Shown: piece by piece, positions 8,392 to 18,538 of the stretch
Numbering within the stretch: position 1 is the stretch's first letter
Layout: each line of letters opens with the position of its first letter
IMG/VR virus record: IMGVR_UViG_2698536681_000004
Source of the DNA: a virus
Taxonomy: Duplodnaviria > Heunggongvirae > Uroviricota > Caudoviricetes
Strand: one strand, 5' to 3'
DNA: 42,656 nucleotides
Notes under the pieces: model-generated
Told to the model about the DNA's origin: nothing
The model's input: only the letters and a program-made list of their open reading frames with translations
The model's database searches: none
Made by a program: the position numbers and the translations under genes

Positions 8392-8723
8392 NNNNNNNNN
8401 NNNNNNNNNNNNNNNNNNNNNNNNNNNNNNNNNNNNNNNNNNNNNNNNNNNNNNNNNNNNNNNNNNNNNNNNNNNNNNNNNNNNNNNNNNNNNNNNNNNN
8501 NNNNNNNNNNNNNNNNNNNNNNNNNNNNNNNNNNNNNNNNNNNNNNNNNNNNNNNNNNNNNNNNNNNNNNNNNNNNNNNNNNNNNNNNNNNNNNNNNNNN
8601 NNNNNNNNNNNNNNNNNNNNNNNNNNNNNNNNNNNNNNNNNNNNNNNNNNNNNNNNNNNNNNNNNNNNNNNNNNNNNNNNNNNNNNNNNNNNNNNNNNNN
8701 NNNNNNNNNNNNNNNNNNNNNNN
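8392..8723. other. Assembly gap (332 N)
   Basis: Uninterrupted run of n characters. Confidence 1.
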
Positions 8724-8883
8724 CAGGCAGGTAATGTACGGTGGGGCATATTACTCTGCGTACGGTAATGTTATGGCAGGCCTGCAGATTGACAGTAAAG
8801 TTGATGCTTCAAACGATTTTATAGCATTCAGACCCCTGCAAAAATTAGTCGGAGGTACATGGATTACGGTATCTCAGTTATAA
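8724..8883 (+). CDS. C-terminal fragment of an alternative tail fibre variable domain (5' part in gap)
   Basis: Last 52 codons before TAA at 8881-8883 end ...FRPLQKLVGGTWITVSQL, homologous to the C-terminus of the minus-strand tail fibre (...[18 protein letters not shown]). Confidence 0.45.
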
Positions 8884-8934
8884 ATAGTCAGTAAATAATA
8901 TATTTTAAAACAGATTTATTTCCAGGAGGATTTT

Positions 8935-9456
8935 ATGGAACTAAAAAATATAACCCGTTATTATCCTGAAAATATGCCATATGGTAATAATGTTCAGTAT
9001 TTCCAGAGTGAAGATGGTAAGGATTTCTACGAATCCCTGCCATTATTCACCAAAAAATATAAACTTTGCATAACACCTGACAGCGGCGTTATCTGCTCAA
9101 TATCACAGGACGCCTCGGCGCTGTATCCTGCGGGGTTTTCTGTGGTTGAGGTCGATGAACTCCCTGAAGGCACGGATATTTCAGGAAACTGGAAGTTTGA
9201 TAATGGCATAATCTCCCGTATTCCGGTTAACTACGCAAGAAAACTGGAAGCAATGCGCCAGTCATATCTTAATCAGGCATATGAAAAAATTAATGACTGG
9301 AGAACGGAGCTACAACTGGGCACCATCAGCGATGAAGACAGAGCAGCACTTACCCAATGGATGGCATACATCAGTCAGGTGAAGAAAATGGAACTACCCG
9401 CCATTAAAACAGAAGCTGAATTTAACGCCATTAAATGGCCTGAGCAGCCACAGTAA
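8935..9456 (+). CDS. tfa: Tail fibre assembly protein (Tfa/U-like)
   Basis: CAGGAGG 7 nt upstream of the ATG; C-terminal region LTQWMAYISQVKKMELPAIKTEAEFNAIKWPEQP resembles the conserved Tfa C-terminus; follows the alternative fibre tip on the same strand. Confidence 0.75.
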   Translation: MELKNITRYYPENMPYGNNVQYFQSEDGKDFYESLPLFTKKYKLCITPDSGVICSISQDASALYPAGFSVVEVDELPEGTDISGNWKFDNGIISRIPVNYARKLEAMRQSYLNQAYEKINDWRTELQLGTISDEDRAALTQWMAYISQVKKMELPAIKTEAEFNAIKWPEQPQ

Positions 9457-9459
9457 TAA

Positions 9460-9479
9460 AGAAGGCCGGAAGGCCTTCT
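9460..9479. terminator. Hairpin between convergent tfa and tail fibre genes
   Basis: Perfect 8-bp stem AGAAGGCC/GGCCTTCT with GGAA loop; weak flanking T-runs. Confidence 0.35.
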
Positions 9480-9487
9480 GAATATCA

Positions 9488-10369
9488 TTATATACTTGCA
9501 GCCGTCACCCATGCTCCATTTAACAGATACTGCAACGGCCGGTAATACACGCCGCCGACGTTATCTGCCGTATTCTTACCGACATCCTGTACTTTAATTC
9601 CGGTAAGAACATTGCCGCCCCCCAGATTCAGATCCCAGCTTTCCCATGTTCCGGGCATATGTGCGGTCACCGACCCCAGTCTTATGGCGGTTACTGTTCC
9701 TGATGAGATAGTGATATCCTGCGTCCCGTCAAAGGGAACACCATTAATTGTGTGGGCATTTGCCAGCCTGTTCGCGGCAACGGCGGTGCCGTCCGATGGC
9801 AGGGCATTCGCCGCCCTGTTTACCGTTTCCCGTAAACCGACGTTATCGATAAAAGCCCCTTTATCCGGAATGTCTGCGCCGTTCTGCTCCCTGCGCAGGT
9901 AACGGTTATCACCTTCGCTTTTGCTGTAAACATCCAGATTATTACGGGCGGTTCCCTTATTCTCCAGGTCGGCGAGATTCTGATCCTTCGCCAGGGCATT
10001 AACGTCAGCGGGACCAAGACTGTTTTTTGTGGCAAGCGTCCCCAGACCAAGATAACCACGGGCCAGACGCTGGGCCTCCGCACCGGCATCAGCAATTTCT
10101 TTCAGGTTATTTTTCCGGGAAAAGGCATTCGCAGCGATAATGGCTTTAATGGACAGCGTAAGCTGGTTTAACTGCGCCTTATCCGGCTGAATACTGGCTT
10201 CAGCCAGAATATTCAGCAGTTCGGCCTGGAGAATATTCAGCCAGTCCTGACCAATCCAGCTGATACCTTTTTGTCCGTCACCTTCGGTAAACCAGGTGGT
10301 GGTATTACTCTGCGCCGGTGCCAGCGCAGGCATATTCGCCACGCCGGAATTATTATCAACATGAAACAT
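9488..10369 (-). CDS. Tail fibre protein (Mu S-like; constant N-terminal part joined to a variable C-terminal part)
   Basis: Last gene of the tail/baseplate operon, followed by tfa and invertase; contains an internal gix-like recombination site. Confidence 0.75.
   Translation of the reverse strand: MFHVDNNSGVANMPALAPAQSNTTTWFTEGDGQKGISWIGQDWLNILQAELLNILAEASIQPDKAQLNQLTLSIKAIIAANAFSRKNNLKEIADAGAEAQRLARGYLGLGTLATKNSLGPADVNALAKDQNLADLENKGTARNNLDVYSKSEGDNRYLRREQNGADIPDKGAFIDNVGLRETVNRAANALPSDGTAVAANRLANAHTINGVPFDGTQDITISSGTVTAIRLGSVTAHMPGTWESWDLNLGGGNVLTGIKVQDVGKNTADNVGGVYYRPLQYLLNGAWVTAASI
9827..9852. other. Candidate Gin/Pin-type recombination site (gix-like) inside the tail fibre gene
   Basis: TTCCCGTAAACC GA CGTTATCGATAA compared with gixL as recalled TTCCTGTAAACC GA GGTTTTGGATAA; encodes residues about 171-180 of the fibre. 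Confidence 0.55.
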
Positions 10370-10929
10370 TAAATAGTCTCCTCTTCATGGCTGTTTGCAT
10401 AAACGTAAATAAACGTCTGCCATGCAGGCTTATAACGGTTCAGAATACATTCCAGCGCACCGCCTTCATAAATACGCAGCGGCGTGAGAATATCATCCAG
10501 CACATTCATATTCCGGTAGCCGGTTTCACTGTTAATCGTGACAATACTGACCCACTGCGAATCCGGTGAGGGCTGAATGTCAATCTGATAACCAAACTCC
10601 GCCGCAAACCGGATATAAAATTCACGGTTCAGCGAGGGCTTCATCCGGTATTTATTTCCGGCATAACGCTGTCGCTCCGTGAGGGTGGCTCCGGCCATAT
10701 CACACTCGGGAAGCCCGAGATAACGCTCCCAGTCTTCCAGCAGCAGGCGCGACGTGTCAGGGAAACGCTCGGCAAGCAGCTGTTTACCCGTCCAGGATAC
10801 ACGCGCTGTCGAATGACTGAGGCCCAGACATAATGATGCCAGTACGGATGACGGACGCTTGTCCCATGCCAGCCCGTCAGGCAGTAACTGCAACAGGGCG
10901 CGCTGATGCGGGGTCAGGGTTACAGCCAT
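10369..10929 (-). CDS. Mu gp48-like tail protein (DUF2313-like)
   Basis: Position between baseplate J-like gene and tail fibre; overlapping start/stop with neighbours. Confidence 0.6.
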   Translation of the reverse strand: MAVTLTPHQRALLQLLPDGLAWDKRPSSVLASLCLGLSHSTARVSWTGKQLLAERFPDTSRLLLEDWERYLGLPECDMAGATLTERQRYAGNKYRMKPSLNREFYIRFAAEFGYQIDIQPSPDSQWVSIVTINSETGYRNMNVLDDILTPLRIYEGGALECILNRYKPAWQTFIYVYANSHEEETI

Positions 10930-12002
10930 GTGATTTCTCCTACCGTCAGCAGCTCACTGTCTCCCGCCTGAACTGACGTCAGCGGACTGCGCACTTCAAA
11001 ATCCTCCAGATTTTTCACCCCTGCCACCGCCCGCCAGAAAGACGACGGCAGAACCAGACCGCCGGGCCGGGATTCGTTATACAACAGGTCGGTCAGCGCC
11101 TGTTTTACGGCCGCCTGATTCTCCGGTGTTTTCGGGATGATCCTGATGCTGAAGGGCACCGGCTTATTGGTCAGTTTAAACACGGTCACCGTCGGCCCCA
11201 GAGGCTGTCCGACAGGCTGGCCGGTCGCCGGATCATCATGACTGCGGATATAATCCGCCACCCGCTGAACATCACCGTCACCGGGGAAAATATCCGGGTT
11301 ATTATCCTGAACAAACGTTACCCCCACGCTGCCCGCCTGCGGCCATTCCGGGCGGCACCATGCCCGCGTCACGCCCGGCACTTCACGCGCCCAGCGTTCA
11401 AAATCATACTGCGTGCCGCCGGACGGTGGATTCTGCACCCGGAAAACCAGACGGGAAAGCAGCTCCGGCACGGTTTCCACATCCGCACCACCGGTGATCC
11501 CCGTTCCGGTCACCGTGGCCGTCTGGTTGATCCCCGCCTGCGGTGTGATAAATGTCAGTTTTGTCCCTGCCGGGGCATTCCCCGCACGACCGGCACTTTC
11601 GGCTTCCACACTGACATTCAGCGTACCGGCCTTACCGGTCAGGGAGGTGGTGATACGGTAAACCACGCCATCACTTCGCTGGAGAAGCACACCTTCCTTG
11701 ATCCCCGCATCCGTGGTCAGCATCAGCTGAACCGGCCCGTCCCCCCGAGAGGCAGGCTTACGCATGACGCCCCAGAATGCACAGTGTTTCAGCAGTTCGG
11801 CTTCATCGGCTTCGGTCGGGATGATCTGACGCGCAATCCAGGCCAGATGCTCATGCTCCTGAGCAGATAACCCTGCCTGAGCGTAAGCAATGGCATTCAG
11901 GGTGGTTTCATTCACACCCGGCTGCGAGCCGGGCAGGCGCTGGCTGATATCCTGCTGTGTCTGCGTGATTAACTGTGCCAGCGGTAAAGGCTGATAAGGC
12001 AT
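10920..12002 (-). CDS. Baseplate J-like protein (Mu gp47-like)
   Basis: 360-aa product in the conserved position of the Mu baseplate module; overlaps neighbours. Confidence 0.7.
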   Translation of the reverse strand: MPYQPLPLAQLITQTQQDISQRLPGSQPGVNETTLNAIAYAQAGLSAQEHEHLAWIARQIIPTEADEAELLKHCAFWGVMRKPASRGDGPVQLMLTTDAGIKEGVLLQRSDGVVYRITTSLTGKAGTLNVSVEAESAGRAGNAPAGTKLTFITPQAGINQTATVTGTGITGGADVETVPELLSRLVFRVQNPPSGGTQYDFERWAREVPGVTRAWCRPEWPQAGSVGVTFVQDNNPDIFPGDGDVQRVADYIRSHDDPATGQPVGQPLGPTVTVFKLTNKPVPFSIRIIPKTPENQAAVKQALTDLLYNESRPGGLVLPSSFWRAVAGVKNLEDFEVRSPLTSVQAGDSELLTVGEITWL

Positions 12003-12439
12003 TACTCCCCCTTAAGATCAGCATAAAAAATCATGGGCCTCACTGAACCATCAGGCAGGGTTATGCGCACCGAAAGCGCCAGCCGCGCGTGTCCCACACG
12101 TTCTGCATGACAGACCACGGATGACGCCACGCCATCCTGACTGAGCCAGCCCAGCGCCTCATCCGCGTAAGCACGGGCACGGCTTATCACCGAGGCCAGC
12201 GTTTTTTCCCGGCTGAGAAGCCACAGACGGGAGCCAATGGGGCGCGGGCGAAAACTGTCTCCCCACCATCCCCGGCGGTCGCGCGTACCGTCAGGGATTT
12301 CATCCGATGCCAGCGCCCGGCGGTCAGTAAACAGCGAAATCAGAACGGCCGTCAGCAGACTGTCATCCGTCAGCAAGTCGGCACCGTTCAGTTGCAGCGA
12401 ACCGCACCCCTGATCCCATACAATTGCAATATCAGCCAT
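12002..12439 (-). CDS. Mu gp46-like baseplate protein
   Basis: ATG at 12439 overlaps the stop of the upstream gene (ATGGCTGA); longest ORF to 12583 would overlap it by 150 nt. Confidence 0.65.
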   Translation of the reverse strand: MADIAIVWDQGCGSLQLNGADLLTDDSLLTAVLISLFTDRRALASDEIPDGTRDRRGWWGDSFRPRPIGSRLWLLSREKTLASVISRARAYADEALGWLSQDGVASSVVCHAERVGHARLALSVRITLPDGSVRPMIFYADLKGE

Positions 12440-13046
12440 TCTCCGGCGCTCCTGTCTTACTGCCTTTGCCGTTATCCTGATGCACATGGCCGGAATAGGT
12501 GATCCCGGCAATAACGGCATCAGACATCGTGAACAGCCCGTCTGATTTACCTGTACCATCAAGCACGAAATTACCCTTAACATGCAGGTTTTTATCCACC
12601 GTCACATTGCCCGTAAAGGTGGCCTCCGGCGTATCCACCCGCATCCCCTCATCGGCGTAAATCTCCAGCATTTTGCATGTCACAATAATGCGACCATCCT
12701 TTGTTAACCGTATCCGGTGCCCCTCATGGTGATACACCCCCGTATCTCCGGCTGTGAGTCCGGTCGGGCGGCTGCGCCGGTCTTCCACCACAAGCACCAC
12801 AGTCTGATCCCGCTGTCCGCCCAGACAGGCAAAAAAGGTTTCCGCACCCGGCAGGGGAACGCTGATCTGCCCGTACTGCTGGGGACGCTCCACATCATCA
12901 AAGGTTTCGCCGTCCATGCCGGTGAGCTGCACATTCTGCATTTTCAGTTCGTCATGTGTGCCGGTCAGAACGCCCCGGCCAAACAACAGGCGAATACCGC
13001 GCGTTACCGGGGCAATCAGGCGGCTGAACACTTCATCATTCATCAA
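12432..13046 (-). CDS. Baseplate assembly/spike protein (Mu gp45-like, gpV family)
   Basis: 204-aa product in the conserved baseplate position. Confidence 0.7.
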   Translation of the reverse strand: MMNDEVFSRLIAPVTRGIRLLFGRGVLTGTHDELKMQNVQLTGMDGETFDDVERPQQYGQISVPLPGAETFFACLGGQRDQTVVLVVEDRRSRPTGLTAGDTGVYHHEGHRIRLTKDGRIIVTCKMLEIYADEGMRVDTPEATFTGNVTVDKNLHVKGNFVLDGTGKSDGLFTMSDAVIAGITYSGHVHQDNGKGSKTGAPENG

Positions 13047-14160
13047 AGCTGATCCCCTGTTTTTTCATCTGCTGGCGAATAAAGGCATCAACATCGTCAC
13101 CGGAACCACCCCGGCCCTTACTGTCCGGCTCTGCCGGAACGATAAAGCCGTCACGCGGTGCCAGTACCAGCCGGGTGACTTCCCCGTTATGTTCATCAAG
13201 TAAAAACTCCACCTGACAGACCAGCAGTTCAGTCTGTTCTATACCGAAACGCAGGGCTGAAACACCGGTCAGCAGATTGACATCCCATAACCGGCCATCA
13301 TCCCGGAACCAGCCACGCACGGTGGCAGAAAACCGTTCTGAACGGGCAATCGCACGGCGCATTTCACGCAGGGCACGCTGCCGTGCACCGGTGGTGTCTG
13401 TCTGTTGATCGGCGAGGATGATTTTCGACCGGTAGCGGCCGATCTGCTCATCACTGATGACGCCCACAGGTGCTGCCAGACGGGCGGCGGATTCGCTGTC
13501 TCCCCGTTTGCCACCACCGCGCCCGTGTCCCCGGACACGGTATTCGCTGTATCGTCCTCGCCAGTCCGTGTTGTAATCGGCATCAAGCAGGTTATCTCCC
13601 AGCACCAGTCTGTCCGTCTGCTGGCTTCCTGCCTGGGTGAACACCAGATCGCCGTCAGCATTACTGGTCACCAGCACCCCGCGATGCCGGGCAGCACGGG
13701 TCAGCGCATCCGCCACGGTTTCTGAGTTTTCCAGCGTAAAAGAGCTGAAGGGGCGTGCAGCCGTGTCGTCGTTAACCTGCCAGCGCACGGCTATCCCGAA
13801 GGGCGCACATAAATCTGCGGCAATCTGTGCCAGCGTCCGGTTGCGCCACTGGCTGCCGGGATGGATGGCGGCACAGTCCACCAGGTCGCCGGTTTTATCC
13901 CGACCGCTGATGCTGATCTGATGACGGGTTGCACTGATCCGCTGACTGACCTGATCCAGCCAGCCACTGATGACCGTCTGCCCGTTAATTCTGAGCGTCA
14001 GGGACTGACCGGTTCGCAGGGCTGAGGGGATGCGCTCACCGGGCAGCATCAGCCCCAGTTCAAACGACCCGGCCAGATGCTCCAGCGAGCGACGGACGCT
14101 GACCGTCAGCCAGCCGGAAAAAATACTGCCACCGATATACAGTTCAATCCTGCTGCTCAC
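13036..14160 (-). CDS. Baseplate hub protein (Mu gp44-like, late control gene D family)
   Basis: 374-aa product following the DNA circularisation gene. Confidence 0.7.
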   Translation of the reverse strand: MSSRIELYIGGSIFSGWLTVSVRRSLEHLAGSFELGLMLPGERIPSALRTGQSLTLRINGQTVISGWLDQVSQRISATRHQISISGRDKTGDLVDCAAIHPGSQWRNRTLAQIAADLCAPFGIAVRWQVNDDTAARPFSSFTLENSETVADALTRAARHRGVLVTSNADGDLVFTQAGSQQTDRLVLGDNLLDADYNTDWRGRYSEYRVRGHGRGGGKRGDSESAARLAAPVGVISDEQIGRYRSKIILADQQTDTTGARQRALREMRRAIARSERFSATVRGWFRDDGRLWDVNLLTGVSALRFGIEQTELLVCQVEFLLDEHNGEVTRLVLAPRDGFIVPAEPDSKGRGGSGDDVDAFIRQQMKKQGISFDE

Positions 14161-15502
14161 TGATCACCTCCACGCTGCGGCCACCCGGAACAAAAACCGG
14201 ATCGGGGATATTGTTTCTGCGGACAAAATACTGCCAGCGACTGCTGTTGCCGGTGGCACGGTACAGCGTGACCAGTGCCGGTTCGGTGGTGCGAACCATG
14301 ACCTGAAAAGCACCGGGAAGATGCACGCTCCGTGTGGTTAAATCTTCTGTCAGCGCAAGCCCTGCATCACGTAATGCAAGGGCAGTCCCGGTATAGCCCT
14401 GTGCGGACAGATCCAGCACCTGTTGTTCCATGGCATCGCTCAAATCCCGGTTGATACGCTGCACATCAGCAGAACTTTCCAGCCAGGCCAGTCCGCCCGA
14501 ACGGTCAGTATCCTGAACGTGCGTCGTATTCTGCCGGATGACCTGATCCAGCAGTTTTCCGAGCGTCTGTGCCTGCGACACCAGGGTTGCACTCTGCATC
14601 ACGCTCCGCAGCAGACGGATATTTTTCTGTGCCGCAGGCGTCAGGCCAATCAGGCGCTGTGGATCATCCTGTTCGCTGAGGGTGTAACGCAGGGAGGAAA
14701 GTGTGCGGTACAGCTGCGGCATGGCCTGCTCTGCCATGCTGTCACGGTTTGTGGTCAGGCTGCCGGACGGCGTTCCGGCTTTTCCGGTCAGAGACAGGGA
14801 AGGATCGCCGGGCAGCCCGGTCAGCACGGCAAACATTCCGGCCAGCGATTCAGCCATGCGACGGGGCGCATTAATCAGGGCGGCGGCATTGCCTTTCAGG
14901 GCAGTAAAACTGGCCGTAAAGGCACTGATATCCTGCACAATCCCCATCCCCGAAACGGCATTCTCCAGTGCATCAATCTTATCGCTGATGGTGTCGGTCA
15001 TGGCCTGTACATCATGCAGACCGTCTGAAATCACCGTCCAGCCGTCTGAAAGCGTGTTAAACAGCTGATTCATTGCTGAGCCGCTTTTCTGCTCCAGCGC
15101 AGCTGCCGTATCTTCTGCCACCGCAGGGGCGGTATCGTCACTGGCGGGGATCACGTTGATCGTGAACTCAACCGTTCCCTGCTCGCTGGCGTTATAACGG
15201 CTTTCAAAGCTGTTTATCAGCACGTTTAACGTGCCGTAATCCGGGTGCATCAGTTCACCGGCACCGGGTGCACGCAGCGCATCACGCAGGCGGCTTCGCT
15301 GTGTCTGAAGATCGTCTCCGGTCACCAGAACCGTGAATGTGAACTCCGGGAGTTTTGGCCCCAGATCATCCGCACCGCCGCTTTCACGCAGTGGGTATTC
15401 ACGGCGCACAATGTTACGTCCGCCCCGTTCCCGCTGCTCCTGATAAACCAGGAACGGTACGCCACGAAAGGAGCCACGCCCCGGCGTGTCAGTAGAGGCC
15501 AT
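14144..15502 (-). CDS. Mu gp43-like protein (DNA circularisation protein N family)
   Basis: 452-aa product directly downstream of the tape measure gene. Confidence 0.7.
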   Translation of the reverse strand: MASTDTPGRGSFRGVPFLVYQEQRERGGRNIVRREYPLRESGGADDLGPKLPEFTFTVLVTGDDLQTQRSRLRDALRAPGAGELMHPDYGTLNVLINSFESRYNASEQGTVEFTINVIPASDDTAPAVAEDTAAALEQKSGSAMNQLFNTLSDGWTVISDGLHDVQAMTDTISDKIDALENAVSGMGIVQDISAFTASFTALKGNAAALINAPRRMAESLAGMFAVLTGLPGDPSLSLTGKAGTPSGSLTTNRDSMAEQAMPQLYRTLSSLRYTLSEQDDPQRLIGLTPAAQKNIRLLRSVMQSATLVSQAQTLGKLLDQVIRQNTTHVQDTDRSGGLAWLESSADVQRINRDLSDAMEQQVLDLSAQGYTGTALALRDAGLALTEDLTTRSVHLPGAFQVMVRTTEPALVTLYRATGNSSRWQYFVRRNNIPDPVFVPGGRSVEVISEQQD

Positions 15503-17546
15503 AGTTCCCTCCGTTCCAGACGTTCACATCCAGGCCATGCTGTGCGGTATCATCCACATCAATACTGCGCGCCCGCCAGCCTTCAGGGGCAACAAGCTCC
15601 ACCCGTGCGGCGGTTTTCGCGGTGGCCTGTCCGCCGTTTTCGTCACTGCCGCCACGCAGTTTCTGCCAGGCCTGCGTCAGCCAGCCCCCCAGATAATCAC
15701 CGAGATAGCTGCCCACCGTGGAACCAATGGCAACCCCGACCGGACCGGCAGCCGCCCCCAGCGCGCCACCGGCGATACTTCCGGCAAGGGAACCCACGGC
15801 ACCGGCTTTATCGGCTGCACTGGCGCTGCTGTCCAGCAGTACAGGAGCCGCCATGGCACCGGCCCACAGGGCACCACCACCCAGCCGACCGGCACCACGG
15901 AACAGCCCGGCAAAACGCCCCAGCCCCATGCGGTTTCCGGCCGCCGTTAGCAGACCACCGGCACGGCTCATCATACGACCGAAGAAGCCCTGTTTACCGG
16001 CACTCTCCGCCAGTTGCTCACCGGCAGTCACGACGGTCGTGACACCCCGTCCACGTCCGGGGCCGCGTTTTTTACGGCCGCGCACGGTTTTGCCGTCACC
16101 GCTGACCACCACATCCCCGCCACCTGAGGCCAGGCCACCCGCAGGCCAATTGGTGACCAGCACGGGCTGAACGGCAGCCGGATTTACCCCGGTAAGGAAA
16201 TTCAGGAACCGGCCAGCGCGTCCGGGCTGCGTTCCCGGTACAGTGGTCTGCGGTTTGCGGAAGGGCGACGTCAGCACGGAGGTCATCGCCATGCCATAGC
16301 GTAAGGGGGTTGCGCCGAGACGTAATGCCCCCGTCCCCGCAAACCTGAGCACCTTCAGCGCACGGGAGGCGAGATACATATACATCAGGTACTTTGCGGC
16401 GGTCTGCGCACCCTGACCAATGCGATCCAGCGCATCGCCATAACCGGCGTCGCGCAGTGCCTGAAGCGTTTCCCTGACTTTCTGAATGACCCGGTAAAAG
16501 CCGGTCGCAGCGTCTCTGGCATACTCAAATCCCTGATTCAGGGCTGAGGCCGTCTGTGTGGCCAGCTTATCCTGTAAGCCGCTTTTCTGTGCCGCATCAG
16601 CATAATCCAGAAAGCCTTTCAGGCTCTTTTTCAGGCTGTCAAACGGTCCCTTTGCCATCACCTCGCGGGCAAATCCGTCCCAGACATCGCCCATCATGGA
16701 CGTCATTCCCGTCCAGGAATTCATGGCGTTTTTCTGGGCACCTTTTGCCTGTTCGGCCATCACCTGAAATAACAGGCGAATGCTGTCCGGTCCCAGTTTT
16801 CCTTTCTCGCCTTTCTCACGGATGATCTTCTGGTTTACACCCAGCTTATCGGCCAGCAACTGGTAAACGTTAATCCCGTATCCGGTCAGAATATTGGCGT
16901 CCGCTGCCTGGATACTCTGGCGGGCAAACATCTGTTTGAGTTGCAGGGACGCACCCTGTGCATCTGACAGTGACCAGCCGTGATAGCCGCCCTGATCCTG
17001 AAGCATGGTAATAAAGCGACGGGCTTCCCTGTCACTCATACCGAACCCGCGACTGGAGGCGTATTCCTGCATAACCCCCGCCAGCCCCCAGGTGGTGTCT
17101 TTGGCGTTCTGTACCGCCCAGGCTTTCACTGCTTCCGTTTTTGCCGTATCGCCATGATTAATGGCGTTGAGACGCAGAATATAGTTCTCCATCTCTGCGG
17201 CCGGGCGGATAAAGGCTTTATTAAACCCGTAGACCGCAGCCCCTCCCGCCAGCATCCCGTAAAGGTTGCTTATCCGCCCGATGGTGCCGGTAATGCTGCC
17301 CTGAAGGCGGTCAAAATCTGACGTCACCGTGCGGATACTGCCACGAACACCGGCAAGCGTTCGCTGCATACGGGAGCCGACAAGTTCTGTCTCCTGACCG
17401 GCACGACGTGCTGCATTTCCAAGACCACCCAGCCCCGTCCTGCCGGAACGGGAGAATGCCCCCAGCTCCTGTGACCACTGGCGGGATTTGGCAGAAATAT
17501 TGCCGAGTAAATCGACAATCAGGGAGGCTTTCAGGTTTTTTGCCAT
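15489..17546 (-). CDS. Tail tape measure protein
   Basis: 685-aa Ala/Gly-rich product with long predicted helical regions between tail chaperone and baseplate genes. Confidence 0.8.
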   Translation of the reverse strand: MAKNLKASLIVDLLGNISAKSRQWSQELGAFSRSGRTGLGGLGNAARRAGQETELVGSRMQRTLAGVRGSIRTVTSDFDRLQGSITGTIGRISNLYGMLAGGAAVYGFNKAFIRPAAEMENYILRLNAINHGDTAKTEAVKAWAVQNAKDTTWGLAGVMQEYASSRGFGMSDREARRFITMLQDQGGYHGWSLSDAQGASLQLKQMFARQSIQAADANILTGYGINVYQLLADKLGVNQKIIREKGEKGKLGPDSIRLLFQVMAEQAKGAQKNAMNSWTGMTSMMGDVWDGFAREVMAKGPFDSLKKSLKGFLDYADAAQKSGLQDKLATQTASALNQGFEYARDAATGFYRVIQKVRETLQALRDAGYGDALDRIGQGAQTAAKYLMYMYLASRALKVLRFAGTGALRLGATPLRYGMAMTSVLTSPFRKPQTTVPGTQPGRAGRFLNFLTGVNPAAVQPVLVTNWPAGGLASGGGDVVVSGDGKTVRGRKKRGPGRGRGVTTVVTAGEQLAESAGKQGFFGRMMSRAGGLLTAAGNRMGLGRFAGLFRGAGRLGGGALWAGAMAAPVLLDSSASAADKAGAVGSLAGSIAGGALGAAAGPVGVAIGSTVGSYLGDYLGGWLTQAWQKLRGGSDENGGQATAKTAARVELVAPEGWRARSIDVDDTAQHGLDVNVWNGGNYGLY

Positions 17547-17673
17547 GGGTTACTGCTTCGTTCTGAGAATTTTTTCGGTCTGTCGGCAGTGCCGGTAAAG
17601 CTGCGATAAGGGGAGGTTAAGCGCCCACTCCGGGCCGCTTTTTGTCACCATCCCCAGCACAATTGCGGCTTCT

Positions 17674-18150
17674 TCAATCTGATCCCGGCACTGCATCTGG
17701 TCGCCCCCGTTCAGCGACCAGCTTTCCGGCCATCGCGGAATCAAGCAGGCTTACTGCCGCCATCAGTCGGGAGAGATCGCGCTCGCTGAGCTGTCCTATC
17801 TGACGCGGAGACAATGGCCCCTCAATCTGGCCGACAGCGGCAATCTGACGGCGCAGCAGCGCAATGCCGCGCAGTGCCGGTGAGGCCACAAGAACCGGAC
17901 CGTTTCGGGTTTCCATAAGACGCTCGGCCTCGCTCTCCGCATCAATGCTGTCTTTTGCCGTCAGTTCGCGGAAGGTGACGCGGTATTCACGGGATTCCCC
18001 GAACGGCAGACCGTCGAGCAGATCCACATAGCCGTTCGCCAGTTGTTCAGCCAGCCCGGCGGTGCGGGGATCGCCGTCTTCAAGTGCATCCCGGATAGCC
18101 TCCATCACGGCCTCGTCAGAAACCGCCGTTTTTTTCTTACGTGTGCTCAT
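17674..18150 (-). CDS. Tail assembly chaperone (Mu gp41-like)
   Basis: Acidic 158-aa product between tail tube and tape measure; an overlapping +1-frame ORF fills the gap to the tape measure start. Confidence 0.6.
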   Translation of the reverse strand: MSTRKKKTAVSDEAVMEAIRDALEDGDPRTAGLAEQLANGYVDLLDGLPFGESREYRVTFRELTAKDSIDAESEAERLMETRNGPVLVASPALRGIALLRRQIAAVGQIEGPLSPRQIGQLSERDLSRLMAAVSLLDSAMAGKLVAERGRPDAVPGSD

Positions 18151-18164
18151 TACATTTTTCCTGA

Positions 18165-18530
18165 TTACTGGACACGGGTACTGGTGGCGCTGGCGAACTT
18201 CGCGGAGATATCACCACCACCGTCAAGCGAGGCCGGTTCACTGCTCCAGGCCTTCGTCATCATGTGGACTTCACCGGTATCGGCCACGAACTCAATCGTG
18301 ACCGCAGTCCAGGTGTTGATTTCATCGGCAGCCGGTGAACCTTCTCCGCCCGCCGGGAATTTACAGTCCAGCGTCGCCTCACGGGGTTTCTCGCGATAGC
18401 CGTAAACTTTCGCGCCTTTCACCACTTCACGCTCAAAGCCGGACGGGGAGAACGTGGCCCCCTCAAGGGTGTCGTACTCCTGCCCGTTCACACGGATGGT
18501 GGCCGTGCCCTGATACTGTTTTCCGCTCAT
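18165..18530 (-). CDS. Tail tube protein (Mu gp40-like)
   Basis: 121-aa product immediately downstream of the sheath gene. Confidence 0.75.
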   Translation of the reverse strand: MSGKQYQGTATIRVNGQEYDTLEGATFSPSGFEREVVKGAKVYGYREKPREATLDCKFPAGGEGSPAADEINTWTAVTIEFVADTGEVHMMTKAWSSEPASLDGGGDISAKFASATSTRVQ

Positions 18531-18538
18531 GCCTTACC

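Noticed and set aside
8032-8883. Long plus-strand ORF of 283 aa, and minus-strand ORF 8282-8749, running through the N-run
   Set aside because: Most of each translation is X from the 332-N gap; only 8724-8883 (plus) and the invertase 5' region (minus) are real sequence
15245-16170. Plus-strand ORFs antisense to the tape measure gene (15245-16042, 15486-15950, 15718-16170)
   Set aside because: Pro/Arg/Ala-rich translations typical of antisense frames in GC-rich coding DNA; no start signals
17674-17744. Canonical -1 programmed frameshift in the tail chaperone
   Set aside because: The -1 frame hits a stop immediately; only the +1 frame is open, and no X XXY YYZ heptamer is in register
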